Source: Candidatus Bathyarchaeota archaeon
GTDB taxonomy: Archaea; Thermoproteota; Bathyarchaeia; Bathyarchaeales; Bathycorpusculaceae
NCBI GenBank assembly: GCA_963826715.1
Contig: CAWGYA010000008.1
Coordinates: 832,001-896,000 of the forward strand
Reading direction: 5' to 3'
DNA: 64,000 nt
Part shown: piece after piece, positions 50,951 to 60,892 of the stretch
Numbering within the stretch: position 1 is the first letter of the stretch
How the letters are laid out: every line of letters begins with the position of its first letter
Notes under the pieces: generated by a model
The model's input: only the letters and a program-made list of their open reading frames with translations
Databases searched by the model: none
Told to the model about the DNA's origin: nothing
Program-made: the position numbers and the translations under genes

Positions 50951-51708
50951 GTAGTATATTTTTCGCCTTCGTTTAAAATACGCTCTAGAATAGTGTTAAT
51001 GTTTATCATGCCTTCGTTGGTTTTAGAAGATACTGGCATAAGCAGAAACTTCAAACCCAAACGATTTATGGCTTGCATCATGTTTCGGCTGAAGAGGCGT
51101 TTTGTGCCTTCAAGTTTCTGTTCGATGGCATCTTCCAATGCCATAGAGTTTGCTGACCAAGACGCAATCATCTGGGCATCCTTTTTAGGGATAAGGTCGG
51201 TCTTGGAAATTATATGTAACTGTGGCTGGAAAAAGCGGTTGTAAACTGCCGCAGAGAGGAACATGTTGGAAACGTAATTTAGTGGGTTTATGGAGAAGAC
51301 AGCGTCGAAGAGATAAATCAATGCTTTGGGCTCTTTTGTTAATTCATTGACGATGTAGGGACCAGATGCGCGGAAAGCAAACAGCTCCATCTGTCCGGGG
51401 GTGTCTACCAAAACAATGTCAGCGTGGGCTTCTTCTATATCTCGGGTTAAATTCTCGATTTCATCTGCAATTAAATCTGCAGCCATTATGACGGCACCGT
51501 TTGGACCGAGATTGTATTTTTCCATTAGATCACCCACATCTACGTAGTTTCTAACATCTACGTCTGGTTGATATGGGAGCTTAAGCACGCCTGGGTCAAG
51601 GTTGACGACAGCTACGTCTTGCTTACTCATTTTTAGCCATTCGGCAAAGGCTGCGGTGAAAAGTGACTTGCCGCTGCCAGCAGTTCCAATAATAAATGCT
51701 AGAGGCAC
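50947..51708 (-). CDS. GPN-loop GTPase
   Basis: GTAGSGKS, VNLDPG, LGPNGA, DTPGQMELF, SKTD. Confidence 0.93.
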   Translation of the reverse strand: MPLAFIIGTAGSGKSLFTAAFAEWLKMSKQDVAVVNLDPGVLKLPYQPDVDVRNYVDVGDLMEKYNLGPNGAVIMAADLIADEIENLTRDIEEAHADIVLVDTPGQMELFAFRASGPYIVNELTKEPKALIYLFDAVFSINPLNYVSNMFLSAAVYNRFFQPQLHIISKTDLIPKKDAQMIASWSANSMALEDAIEQKLEGTKRLFSRNMMQAINRLGLKFLLMPVSSKTNEGMININTILERILNEGEKYTT

Positions 51709-51891
51709 TGGGATATCTCCGTTACGATGTGTATTGATTGCAGTAATGAACCTTTCTACCTGAAGACCTCTTCCTAAAACTTACCATTATTTCTTCTATT
51801 TCAAATAGAAACTAAAAGAAGCGAATCACCAGGTACGCGTTCAAGACATATTGCTTTACAAAAAAATTAAAAAAGGAAAAGAAAATTTGTT

Positions 51892-52998
51892 TTATTCTAC
51901 TTTACCCATAGGGTTTGTCCGTAACCTCTCAAAATATTTGGGATCTTCCCTTAGCACTTTTGGTATGTAGTTGCAAGCGGGGTCTGATTCAAAGAGGTCC
52001 CCTGTATAGTATTCCGCGCGTGTTCTGCACCCACCGCAAATTTCTCGGTATTCGCAAACTCCGCATCTCCCTTTGAGGTTGTTCTTGTCTCGAAGTTTGA
52101 GGTGGAACTCACTTTTTTGCAAGTCATTCCAGGCGTCTCGAAGTTTCTTATCGTTGACGTTACCGATTCGGTACCCCTCATGGAAGCCGCAACTTCGATA
52201 ATCCCCGTTTTCCGTAATACCTATGTAGTTGCCGCCGATTGTGCATCTGCCCAAGTAGCCTTCGTTGAACCAGTCCCAAAAATTCACAGAGTTCTTCTGT
52301 TTAACGATCCGGGCGTAAAATGGTGAATAAACGTTTACTTTGACTTTACCATAGAGTCTGCTTTGGATTTCGTAGATTTCGTTGAATGCGACCTCGTATT
52401 GTTCGGGTGTTGGCGCTATGTCTTCCATGTGCTCGCCTGCGCGACCCACGGGAACAAGGTTGTGGTAAACAACTGAACGGGCTTTGTAGTCTTCTGCTAA
52501 CTTTGCTGTATGCGCCATCTGGTGGATGTTGTACTTAGTCATTGTTGTAACTAAGCAGTCAAGTAATCCTACACTGCTGAGTTTTTGCATCGCATGCAAA
52601 GCTTTATCATAGCCGCCCTTACGCCTAATTATATCATTTGTGTCTTTTTCTCCATCGATGCTGATGGCTGTTTTTACATTATATTTAGTTAGCTTGTTAA
52701 AACGCTCTTCATCCCATGCATAACCACTTGTTATTAAACTAACGTTTAGACCGTGTTCTTTCTCGGCATACTCGATGATTTCCCAGATGTCTGGACGAAC
52801 CAAAGGTTCTCCGCCGCTAATTCCGAACCATTGCGAACCGAACTCAGCTATTTCATCAACCATATGCTTAGCTTGTTCAGTGCTCAATTCCTGGTCCTTT
52901 GCATAATCTTTGATGTAACTGCAATAAGTGCAAGTGCCAACGCAATTTCGCGTACAACGCCAAACCACCATAAATAATGGTGCTGTAGTTGGATTCAT
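51892..52998 (-). CDS. Radical SAM/SPASM enzyme (NirJ/Ahb-like) 1
   Basis: CVGTCTYC, SGGEPL, ISIDG, VPVGRA, CGVCEYREICGGCR, DPAC. Confidence 0.9.
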   Translation of the reverse strand: MNPTTAPLFMVVWRCTRNCVGTCTYCSYIKDYAKDQELSTEQAKHMVDEIAEFGSQWFGISGGEPLVRPDIWEIIEYAEKEHGLNVSLITSGYAWDEERFNKLTKYNVKTAISIDGEKDTNDIIRRKGGYDKALHAMQKLSSVGLLDCLVTTMTKYNIHQMAHTAKLAEDYKARSVVYHNLVPVGRAGEHMEDIAPTPEQYEVAFNEIYEIQSRLYGKVKVNVYSPFYARIVKQKNSVNFWDWFNEGYLGRCTIGGNYIGITENGDYRSCGFHEGYRIGNVNDKKLRDAWNDLQKSEFHLKLRDKNNLKGRCGVCEYREICGGCRTRAEYYTGDLFESDPACNYIPKVLREDPKYFERLRTNPMGKVE

Positions 52999-53103
52999 TT
53001 AATTCACAGTTCAAAGATAGATTTGGGTAGATGATATAAAACTTACTCTAAGAAACCGATTTTCGCTTAGGGCAGGATAATCATCAGAAAACTATAAATC
53101 CCA

Positions 53104-53613
53104 CTATTCAGGACTGCTGCTGCTTCTTCTTCGCCCAGACAAGACACCTTCAACCGCAAAAACTGCAAACGCTAAACCGGTCACAAGTGTTATGAGCAGA
53201 AAGAAAACTTTGAACTCCCATGTTTCAAACCTATAATGCAATATTAGAATCACTAATTCAATAACTAAACCGGTCAAAAATCCCAAAGCATAAACCCACA
53301 TTTTGGGAACCAAACGATGACCAATCCACACTTGCCCACGTAGATGAGCTTTTTTTTGTAGATAATATTCGCCGTTTTCATTTTTCTTTAAATAACCGAG
53401 GTCTTCGAGCTTCTGTAAGTGGCGATATGAGACACTTGGGCTGCTAAGATTCATGCCTTTGGTTACTTCTCTGGGACCTGTGGGTTTGGCGCGTTTTATT
53501 ACAAACAAATATACCTCTAAAGTTAATCCGCCCAGCTCGGTGAAATCGTTATTAGTCAAAGTTAGCCCACAATAAGATAGTTGCATTCTGCATGTATTAG
53601 TTTTCTCACTCAA
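53104..53613 (-). CDS. Membrane-anchored wHTH regulator
   Basis: GPREV..GMNLSSPSVSYRHLQKL, followed by two TM helices. Confidence 0.8.
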   Translation of the reverse strand: MSEKTNTCRMQLSYCGLTLTNNDFTELGGLTLEVYLFVIKRAKPTGPREVTKGMNLSSPSVSYRHLQKLEDLGYLKKNENGEYYLQKKAHLRGQVWIGHRLVPKMWVYALGFLTGLVIELVILILHYRFETWEFKVFFLLITLVTGLAFAVFAVEGVLSGRRRSSSSPE

Positions 53614-53794
53614 GTGATCAACCTATCCATTTTTCTGCCTCTATCTTACAAATTATTGCATAAGAACGATCTTTTTATTTTTTTGGAAGAATCGCTTAAT
53701 ATGGAAATTGGGGTTTTCCGTTAACTTGCTTTCCGAAAAAGCTTAATATCTTTGACTTTAAATAGTCATCTTCATTTGAGAAGGTAAAAACTAA

Positions 53795-54922
53795 ATGAGT
53801 AACGAATCCTCAAAAGAACTAGTCGTAAACCCAGCACCCCACATAACCTCGCCAATGTCTAAAACACGTCTAATGCAATACACCTTCTTTGCTATTCTCG
53901 CTGTCCTTGTTGTTTCAGCTGCATTATGGTCACAGGTCACAACTATCTCTGGATGGAACCTCGGCGTAACTGTCGCTATATGCGCGCTCATATCCGTAGG
54001 CTTAGCTGTTCTTGTCGACTTTATAATTGGTAAGTTTACTGTTGACAGTGAAGTAAACACGTGGTCCGCCGGAGTTTTCGGTTTAATTGTCACTGCTTGT
54101 TACACCCTCGGCGTGCCTGCTATGAACACCGAAATGGGCTTGCCTGTTGAAGCCCCCAGCGCATTCATTTATGTTGCTATTATCTCGCTTATTGGTATCG
54201 TGTTCTTCAAGAAAGTCATGAATTTAGCAGGAAGGAAACTGGTTAACCCCGCAGCTACCGCCAAATTCCTCGTGTTACTCCCCACGGTCACCACGACACT
54301 TCTAGCAATTGATCACCTCAAAACCGGGCCCCTTATGGTTCCATCATTAGCTGGACCCATAGGTAACGGCATGACAGCTATAGCAGGTAACGGTGCCGCA
54401 TCATTTGGTACCTACCTGCAAGGATGCTACGCCAATCCAGCAGCAATGGCTACTGGATTGCCAAGTTTTTCGGACCTTGCCAATTTGATGATTCTGGATA
54501 AGTTCCATGGATGGGTCGGAGGCGCCTCAAGTGTTGCAGTCATAGTCGCAGGCATTGCACTCTTCATCATCGCCCGCAAATACATCAAATGGAAGATCAC
54601 CGTCAGTTACCTAGTCGCCATCGCAATTCTCTCAGTGATATTCTCATTCATATACGCAGATAGCGATTTAATTACAAGGCTTCTCTTCGAGGTTTTCATC
54701 GGCAGCTCAATATTCATGGCGTTCTTTATGGCAACGGATCCAGCGACAACACCCTTCGGTAATCTTGGACAAATCATTTTCGGCGTTGGTCTGGCAATTC
54801 TGACCATTCTGATACAAACATATATGAACTTCTTTGGAGGCTCATTGCTAGCACTGATCATAATGAACTTGACAGTACCGCTTATTGACCGCTTTACAAT
54901 TCGGAAACCCTTTGGGAGATGA
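53795..54922 (+). CDS. rnfD: RnfD/NqrB-family membrane subunit, divergent
   Basis: PAPHI, NPAA, GWVGGAS, AFFMATDPATTP, MNLTVPLIDRF..FG. Confidence 0.82.
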   Translation: MSNESSKELVVNPAPHITSPMSKTRLMQYTFFAILAVLVVSAALWSQVTTISGWNLGVTVAICALISVGLAVLVDFIIGKFTVDSEVNTWSAGVFGLIVTACYTLGVPAMNTEMGLPVEAPSAFIYVAIISLIGIVFFKKVMNLAGRKLVNPAATAKFLVLLPTVTTTLLAIDHLKTGPLMVPSLAGPIGNGMTAIAGNGAASFGTYLQGCYANPAAMATGLPSFSDLANLMILDKFHGWVGGASSVAVIVAGIALFIIARKYIKWKITVSYLVAIAILSVIFSFIYADSDLITRLLFEVFIGSSIFMAFFMATDPATTPFGNLGQIIFGVGLAILTILIQTYMNFFGGSLLALIIMNLTVPLIDRFTIRKPFGR

Positions 54923-56214
54923 TTAAAATGGCAAATCTTGTTCCTATAAAAGAGCATAAAGAGAAAGCACGAATTACACCCATCGAAATCTTCCCAGACC
55001 CTAAAATTGCAGTTGTCTTAACTAACCAACAATCAGGGGCAACCAATACTCCCCTGGTCGAAGTTGGCGACTCTGTTATCATTGGGCAAAAAATTGCAGA
55101 CTCCAAAGAACGCGTTAGTGCACCTGTCCACAGTCCCATCTGCGGTAAAGTCATAAAAATTGCAAATGTCTACAACAGTTGCTATAGTACTGTTACCGAA
55201 GCCATTTTTATTGAAAATGACGGAAAAAAAACTAAAGACAAATCCTTACCTCCAATATCCGAAGCTGAACTCGAAAAAACTTCAAACGAAGTCTTGCTGA
55301 AACGAATACGCGAAGCAGGCATTATTGGATTAGGTGGCGCAGGTTTTCCGACTAGCATCAAACTGTCAGTGCCCAAAGACAAACCTATAAAAACCATTAT
55401 CGTTAACGGCGCAGAAGGCGAACCCTACGACACAGCAGACGAGCGACTGATGATTGAGAAAACCGAGAACCTACTACGCGGCGTCAAAGTCCTGCGTAAG
55501 CTTCTGGGCAACCCCAAAGTTATCGTCGCAACAAAAGATAGCAAAGTTGAAGCTATTCCTAAACTTAAAGAGGTATTCGGCAAAGAAGTAGACACCCAAG
55601 TCATCGCAAAACACCTTACTTATCAGCAGGGTGACGCAGCTGTACTACAGAAAGCAATCTTAGACTACGAGACACCAGCCGGCAAACGCTCATATGAAAT
55701 GGGCACCATAGTCCAGAACGTTGCCACACTTAACGCTATCGCAAACGCAGTCTTTGAAGGTGAACCTTTAATCTCTAGAGTTACCACAATTAATGGGGAT
55801 GTATCGGAACCAAAGAATCTGCTCGTAAAAATCGGTACTCCAATAAACGACATCTTAATCGCGAATAATGTTGATGTAAACGATCTCGGTCAAGTTGTTG
55901 TTGGAGGAGTAATGATGGGTGACGCGATTCAGACAATTGATGCGCCAATAACCAAGAGAACTTCAAGTATCATCGTCTTTGCAAAAAGCAAACAGAAAAA
56001 AGGTCAAAAAACTACTGCTTGTATACACTGCTCAAGATGCATTTCGGCATGTCCTGTAAGATTGCAACCAGCATTGATTTACGCTGCTGTAATGAAAGGT
56101 GATTTTATTAAGGCTGAGAAACTCTGGGCAAAGGATTGTATTAAATGTGGAACTTGCTCTTACGTTTGTCCGTCTAGATTGCCGCTGGCTTCGACTATAA
56201 AATCGGTAAGCTAA
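54919..56214 (+). CDS. rnfC: RnfC-family subunit
   Basis: PVHSPICG, AGIIGLGGAGFPT, NGAEGEPY, QNVAT, GGVMMG, CIHCSRCISACP, CIKCGTCSYVCPS. Confidence 0.88.
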   Translation: MIKMANLVPIKEHKEKARITPIEIFPDPKIAVVLTNQQSGATNTPLVEVGDSVIIGQKIADSKERVSAPVHSPICGKVIKIANVYNSCYSTVTEAIFIENDGKKTKDKSLPPISEAELEKTSNEVLLKRIREAGIIGLGGAGFPTSIKLSVPKDKPIKTIIVNGAEGEPYDTADERLMIEKTENLLRGVKVLRKLLGNPKVIVATKDSKVEAIPKLKEVFGKEVDTQVIAKHLTYQQGDAAVLQKAILDYETPAGKRSYEMGTIVQNVATLNAIANAVFEGEPLISRVTTINGDVSEPKNLLVKIGTPINDILIANNVDVNDLGQVVVGGVMMGDAIQTIDAPITKRTSSIIVFAKSKQKKGQKTTACIHCSRCISACPVRLQPALIYAAVMKGDFIKAEKLWAKDCIKCGTCSYVCPSRLPLASTIKSVS

Positions 56215-56389
56215 GGTGCCTGGTAAAACCTAAAACTTCACCTCTTTCTTTATCTTTTTTAAATAAATGAATTCGTAACATAATTCGAAAAACCCTGTTT
56301 AGTTTTCAATGATAGCTTAACGGCTAAGCCTGCAAGCATTAAGCTTATATTTACGCCGCAACGTAAATAATTGTCAAAGGGATTAAAAA

Positions 56390-57139
56390 TTGGAAACACA
56401 AAAATTTAAACTTGCAGACATACTGTTCGGCGTAGGCATACCACTGATTCTGGCACTTCTGATTTATGTGCTTGCAGTATACGTTAACCCAGGCGGAGCA
56501 AATCATGTTTTTGGCGTTGAAGGCTTAGGCGGTACTATCGGTGTCATTTTAAGTCAAGGCTTTGCACAAATGATTATTCTCGGAATTCCTCTTGTACTAG
56601 GCTTACTATGGAATAAATGGGCAGGCGGCGCAGCAGGCTTCATCATGGGCGGATTATATTACGTTGCATCCGCAGGTCATTACAACGCTCTATTCGCAAT
56701 GGGCGGAATGGCCAGCGTAACTGTACCAGTAACTAACGACACATTGGCAGGAATTGCAAACGGCACAATCACATCACTTGCAGGTTCTGGCTTCTCGTCA
56801 GTACCCTACAACTATTTCGGCGACATCAGTGTCCTCTTCTGGATCGTTTATGGTGTTATGATTGGATACATGTCAGGTGCATTAACTAACGGAAATACAA
56901 ACTTCAAACGCATGCTAGGTGCAGGCTTAACCGCTTCGATAATTGTTGCAGTACTCCAAGCTTACATGAACTACTATGTTTCACTGGAGCCGTCAAGAGC
57001 AATGGCGCAAGGCAGTTGGGTAGCAGATCCAGTAAATGCCTTTATAATCGCTTTCGTGCCAGGCATTGCCTTAGGTGTAATTGTACCAATCTTAGCGAAA
57101 GTTATGACTTGGTATGGTTTGCAGCCGATGAGGCATTAA
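56390..57139 (+). CDS. Membrane protein, ECF S-component-like
   Basis: About 6 TM helices; LGLLWNKWAGGAAGFIMG and YGVMIGYMSG patterns. Confidence 0.55.
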   Translation: METQKFKLADILFGVGIPLILALLIYVLAVYVNPGGANHVFGVEGLGGTIGVILSQGFAQMIILGIPLVLGLLWNKWAGGAAGFIMGGLYYVASAGHYNALFAMGGMASVTVPVTNDTLAGIANGTITSLAGSGFSSVPYNYFGDISVLFWIVYGVMIGYMSGALTNGNTNFKRMLGAGLTASIIVAVLQAYMNYYVSLEPSRAMAQGSWVADPVNAFIIAFVPGIALGVIVPILAKVMTWYGLQPMRH

Positions 57140-57217
57140 ACTCCCATTCTTCTTTTCTTTTTTGTAAACCAAAAAAATTCTGAACTAAAAAATAAGAAAA
57201 ATTAGAAATTATTCTTT
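57140..57217. terminator. Bidirectional oligo-T/oligo-A terminator between convergent genes
   Basis: ttcttcttttcttttttg followed by A tracts. Confidence 0.55.
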
Positions 57218-58495
57218 TTAATGATTAGGTGCGAATTCCCATGCGATGTTTCCCTTGTAGATCGCGCCAAGTTTGGTTATTCGGATTTCTTTATCGTCGA
57301 TTTCAATAAGTCCTTTTTCCTGTAACTTTGCGAGTTGCTTTGGAAATACCTTCTCGGGTGTAGTGCTGAATTTTTCCATGAACTCTTTCTTGCTTACTGG
57401 TAGTCGTAGGTACAGTCTTGTCATGGTTCGACGCATCATGTCCTCAGTTGTGGATTCGGAGAGTCTGCAAATCGGAAGTTTGTCTGCCTTGACGGCTTCC
57501 ATGTAGTCATTAATGTTTTCGATGTTTGAATAGGAAAATTTCTGTAGATATCCCATGAAGCAGCCAGCGCCTGTTGTTAGTATTCCTCCCCAAGGCCAGC
57601 CATTAAGGCAGTTTTCTCTCATGTGCCATTCAACTCGGCTGTAGCGATCATGCCCCACCGCTTTGTAGCCTGCGTCTGTCAGCATTTGTTGTGCCATAAG
57701 AAACATTTGTTTCTCGTATTCTGCATCTCCTTGTGGGGGGGAAGTGCCGTTTTTTATCATCTTCTCTAGAATTGTTCCGGGGTCAACATGCAGCGAGTAA
57801 GCGTCGACTTCGGCGTCAAGCTCGATGGTTTTCTTAAGAGTTGCTATCCAACTTTCCATGGTTTGTCCAGGCAGGTTATACATGAGGTCTACGCATACGA
57901 CCAGCCCAAGTTTTCTAGCATGCTTTATGGCTGCTTCAACGTCGGCGGCGCTGTCGGGCAAGCATAGTGCTTTGCGAAGTTTATTGTCGAAGGTTTGAGC
58001 GCCCATATCCATCTGGTATACGCCGTATTCTGCAAGTTTATCGATTTTGTGAAGTGCTAACGTTTTGGAGGAGCCAGTGACTTTGATAAAATATTCTTTG
58101 CTGGTAGTGAAGTTGTTTTTGCAGAAATCGATTAAATCAATTATTTGTTCAGCGCTCAGTACGCTGGGGGTTCCGCCGCCCAAGACGATTTCGTCGAAAA
58201 CGCTTGTCTGTACATATCTTGTTTTTGAGTACATAGCAAGCTCTTTTTTGAGCAAGTTCAAGTATGGTTCGATTTGGACTTTGTTGGATGCGGTAGTTGG
58301 AAAATAGCAAAATGCGCATCTGGAGTCGCATACTGAAACCCATGGCTGCAGTTCCATGAGTCTGCCTGAAGTGTTTTCGGTGTTGAGAAACTTAATGAAT
58401 GCGTCGTAGGTTTCGGGTTTAATGTCGGGGTAATCCCTGTAAGTGTATGGAGGCCAGTTTTCTCTGGAATCGTAAACTTCAGAGGTTTTAGTCAT
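57218..58495 (-). CDS. HemN-like radical SAM protein
   Basis: CDSRCAFCYF, GGGTPS, MGAQTF, DLMYNLPGQT. Confidence 0.88.
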   Translation of the reverse strand: MTKTSEVYDSRENWPPYTYRDYPDIKPETYDAFIKFLNTENTSGRLMELQPWVSVCDSRCAFCYFPTTASNKVQIEPYLNLLKKELAMYSKTRYVQTSVFDEIVLGGGTPSVLSAEQIIDLIDFCKNNFTTSKEYFIKVTGSSKTLALHKIDKLAEYGVYQMDMGAQTFDNKLRKALCLPDSAADVEAAIKHARKLGLVVCVDLMYNLPGQTMESWIATLKKTIELDAEVDAYSLHVDPGTILEKMIKNGTSPPQGDAEYEKQMFLMAQQMLTDAGYKAVGHDRYSRVEWHMRENCLNGWPWGGILTTGAGCFMGYLQKFSYSNIENINDYMEAVKADKLPICRLSESTTEDMMRRTMTRLYLRLPVSKKEFMEKFSTTPEKVFPKQLAKLQEKGLIEIDDKEIRITKLGAIYKGNIAWEFAPNH

Positions 58496-58621
58496 TAGTC
58501 TTCCTCATGTTGTAGTGTAAAAGCCGCTCGATTGCGTAATAAAGTTTCCGTAAAAACGGTTAATTAACTAAAAATAGGTTAAAAACCTTGAATCTGTAGC
58601 TGTTCTCTTTTGTTGTGGCTA

Positions 58622-59392
58622 TCAGGTTACTGTGGTAATCCATAAGGTTTCAAATGATGTTTTTGCTAATTTGATAACTGTTGGGTTGTTAGTCCAGAGG
58701 CTGGGAACCATGGTTTCTGAAATTTTTATGATGGCTTCTTTATTGTCAAAAATTAAAAACACATACGGTATAGTTGTTTCAACATATCGGATTTCAAACA
58801 ATGGATTTTTGCATAAAATTTGTTGGTTCTTTGTTAGTTTAAAGCTGCTTTTTTCTGTTATTATGCTTATTTTTACTCCTCGTTCTACTGCCGCCTTGAA
58901 GGTGTTGGAATAGTTGAAAAGCATGATTTTTATGTCGTCGGTTGTTAAAATTGCCTTTACGTTCAATTTAGTTCCTGCAATTTTGTCATCAATTTTTTTC
59001 TGCAATAGACTCCTCTCTGAGGTTAAAACAAACTGGTTTACTTCTTCGCTTTCCTCTTCTTCTTCGTCTATGTCTGGTTGGGATTCTAAATGCTTTACTT
59101 TTTCTTGAAGTGTTGAGCATAGGCTTGTTTTTTTCTCAAGTAACTTTCTGGACCCCTCATTTATTGGGATAGCCCTATAGATAATGGGTGTAGCCATTAG
59201 TTTTTCTACTATTCCGATTCTTTCGAGTTCAGGCATAATGCGGTAAATATCTTGGCGGGCAATACCGGAGATCTTGGCGACTTTTTTTGCTTCTGCTTTT
59301 TTTAGCGCCGTAAGAGCTAAGTAGGCTTTTGCCTGAGAGCAGGTTAACCCTAAATCTATGAGTAAATTTATTGTATCATCATTAGACAACAT
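58622..59392 (-). CDS. TrmB-family transcriptional regulator
   Basis: LGLTCSQAKAYLAL, SGIARQDIYRIM..LE..G, RGVKISII, IFDNKE, LWTNNP. Confidence 0.9.
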   Translation of the reverse strand: MLSNDDTINLLIDLGLTCSQAKAYLALTALKKAEAKKVAKISGIARQDIYRIMPELERIGIVEKLMATPIIYRAIPINEGSRKLLEKKTSLCSTLQEKVKHLESQPDIDEEEEESEEVNQFVLTSERSLLQKKIDDKIAGTKLNVKAILTTDDIKIMLFNYSNTFKAAVERGVKISIITEKSSFKLTKNQQILCKNPLFEIRYVETTIPYVFLIFDNKEAIIKISETMVPSLWTNNPTVIKLAKTSFETLWITTVT

Positions 59393-59484
59393 AGATTTCT
59401 GTGCTTCTGCGTTTTTTGATATCTACACATTAACACTAGAATTAAAAACTTTGGTTGGGTTAAGCAAAGTGATCCTTTCTTAAC

Positions 59485-60888
59485 TTAAAGACGATTTTTC
59501 GCTCGCCACAGCATATAGTTAACGGCGGTTCGTGCCATAATTTTACTGTAGAGGTTTCCTTTAAAATAGCCCTTGATGGTTTGGTGTAGAATATATTTTG
59601 GCGTGTAGAATTTATTGTAAAAGTCTCTGCGCATCTCCGCAATTTGGCTGGCGGGTAATGCGGGGTCCTCAAAAATGGGGTTCATTGTGTTGTAGAGTTC
59701 CCATTTTTCTGACATATTCCAGCCATTTTTCTGTACGATTTCTCGGAGGCAGGTTCCTGGGTAGGGTGTTGCATGGCATAGCCAGACTTCATCAGGTTCC
59801 ACTTTGCGAACAAAATCCAAGGTTTCCTGTAGAGTTTCTTTGGTTTCGCGTGGATAGCCTAGAATTACAGAGACCGTAACGAAAATGCCTACTTCCTTGG
59901 TCCATTTAATTGCATTTTCAATTTGCTGTGTTGAAACACGCTTGTTGAGCACATCCCGCATTCGTTGACATCCTGCTTCGACACCGTACATGGTTTCGTC
60001 GCAGTGAGCCTTCTTCATCTTAGTTAAGACTTCTTTTGTGACAACATCTGCTCGGGTTCCACAGCCCCAATGTAGCCCAATTTTGCGTTCAATCATTCCG
60101 TCACAAATGTCCATGGTGCGTTTCTTATCAAAGGTTAATGTATCGTCTTGGAATGTTATGCCCTCTGCCCCGTATTCGTCTCTGAGCCACTCTAACTCAT
60201 CCAAAACATTTTTTGGACTTCTAGCGCGAAATTGTTGACCGAACATTTGGCTGGCAACACAGAAGGGACATTTGAAGGGGCACCCTCGACTGCTGATGAT
60301 TGGGAGCAGGTTTCGACCGGTAATGTTGTATTTTTTCATGGGTAACAGGTGGTAGGCTGGTTTTGGAAGCGCGTCAAGGTTTTGAATGTAGGATCTGGGG
60401 GCGGTTTGTATGATTTGGTGATCTTTGCGAAAGGTGATGCCTTTAACGTCGCTTAGTTTGTTATTTTTCGCTAATTCAACGATTGTTTCTTCCCCTTCGC
60501 CACGTACGATGATGTCTACGGCTTTTTCGCTTTCTAAAATTTCTGAATCTGCAAAGGTGGCGTGTGGTCCGCCCATCAAAACTTGGGCATCTGGCAAGGC
60601 TTCTTTGGTTATTCTTGCACATTGAAGCGCTGACTCAATTGTTGGAGTCATGGATCCGACGCCTACCATGGTTGGTTTGTATGTTTCGAGTTCAGCTTTG
60701 ATTTGTTTGTGGTCAAAGCCAAGGACTGGTGAATCGATGATTTTTACTTCAAAATTGTTCTGCTCTAAAACTGCTGCCATGTAGGCTAAGCCGAGAGGTG
60801 GATAAAGGGGGTGATGGGCAACCTTCTGGGTGATCGGTGGTGTTACTAGAACTATTTTTTGTTTGGTTGCATTCATCACATTACCCAT
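59485..60888 (-). CDS. B12-binding radical SAM enzyme 3
   Basis: PPLGLAY, GGPH, RGEGE, SRGCPFKCPFC, FQDDT, TPYPGT. Confidence 0.93.
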   Translation of the reverse strand: MGNVMNATKQKIVLVTPPITQKVAHHPLYPPLGLAYMAAVLEQNNFEVKIIDSPVLGFDHKQIKAELETYKPTMVGVGSMTPTIESALQCARITKEALPDAQVLMGGPHATFADSEILESEKAVDIIVRGEGEETIVELAKNNKLSDVKGITFRKDHQIIQTAPRSYIQNLDALPKPAYHLLPMKKYNITGRNLLPIISSRGCPFKCPFCVASQMFGQQFRARSPKNVLDELEWLRDEYGAEGITFQDDTLTFDKKRTMDICDGMIERKIGLHWGCGTRADVVTKEVLTKMKKAHCDETMYGVEAGCQRMRDVLNKRVSTQQIENAIKWTKEVGIFVTVSVILGYPRETKETLQETLDFVRKVEPDEVWLCHATPYPGTCLREIVQKNGWNMSEKWELYNTMNPIFEDPALPASQIAEMRRDFYNKFYTPKYILHQTIKGYFKGNLYSKIMARTAVNYMLWRAKNRL

Positions 60889-60892
60889 TAGG

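Noticed and set aside
51722-51766. Possible C/D box sRNA (GTAATGA...CTGA)
   Set aside because: Only the C'/D-like half is convincing; the C box is poor and no target could be identified
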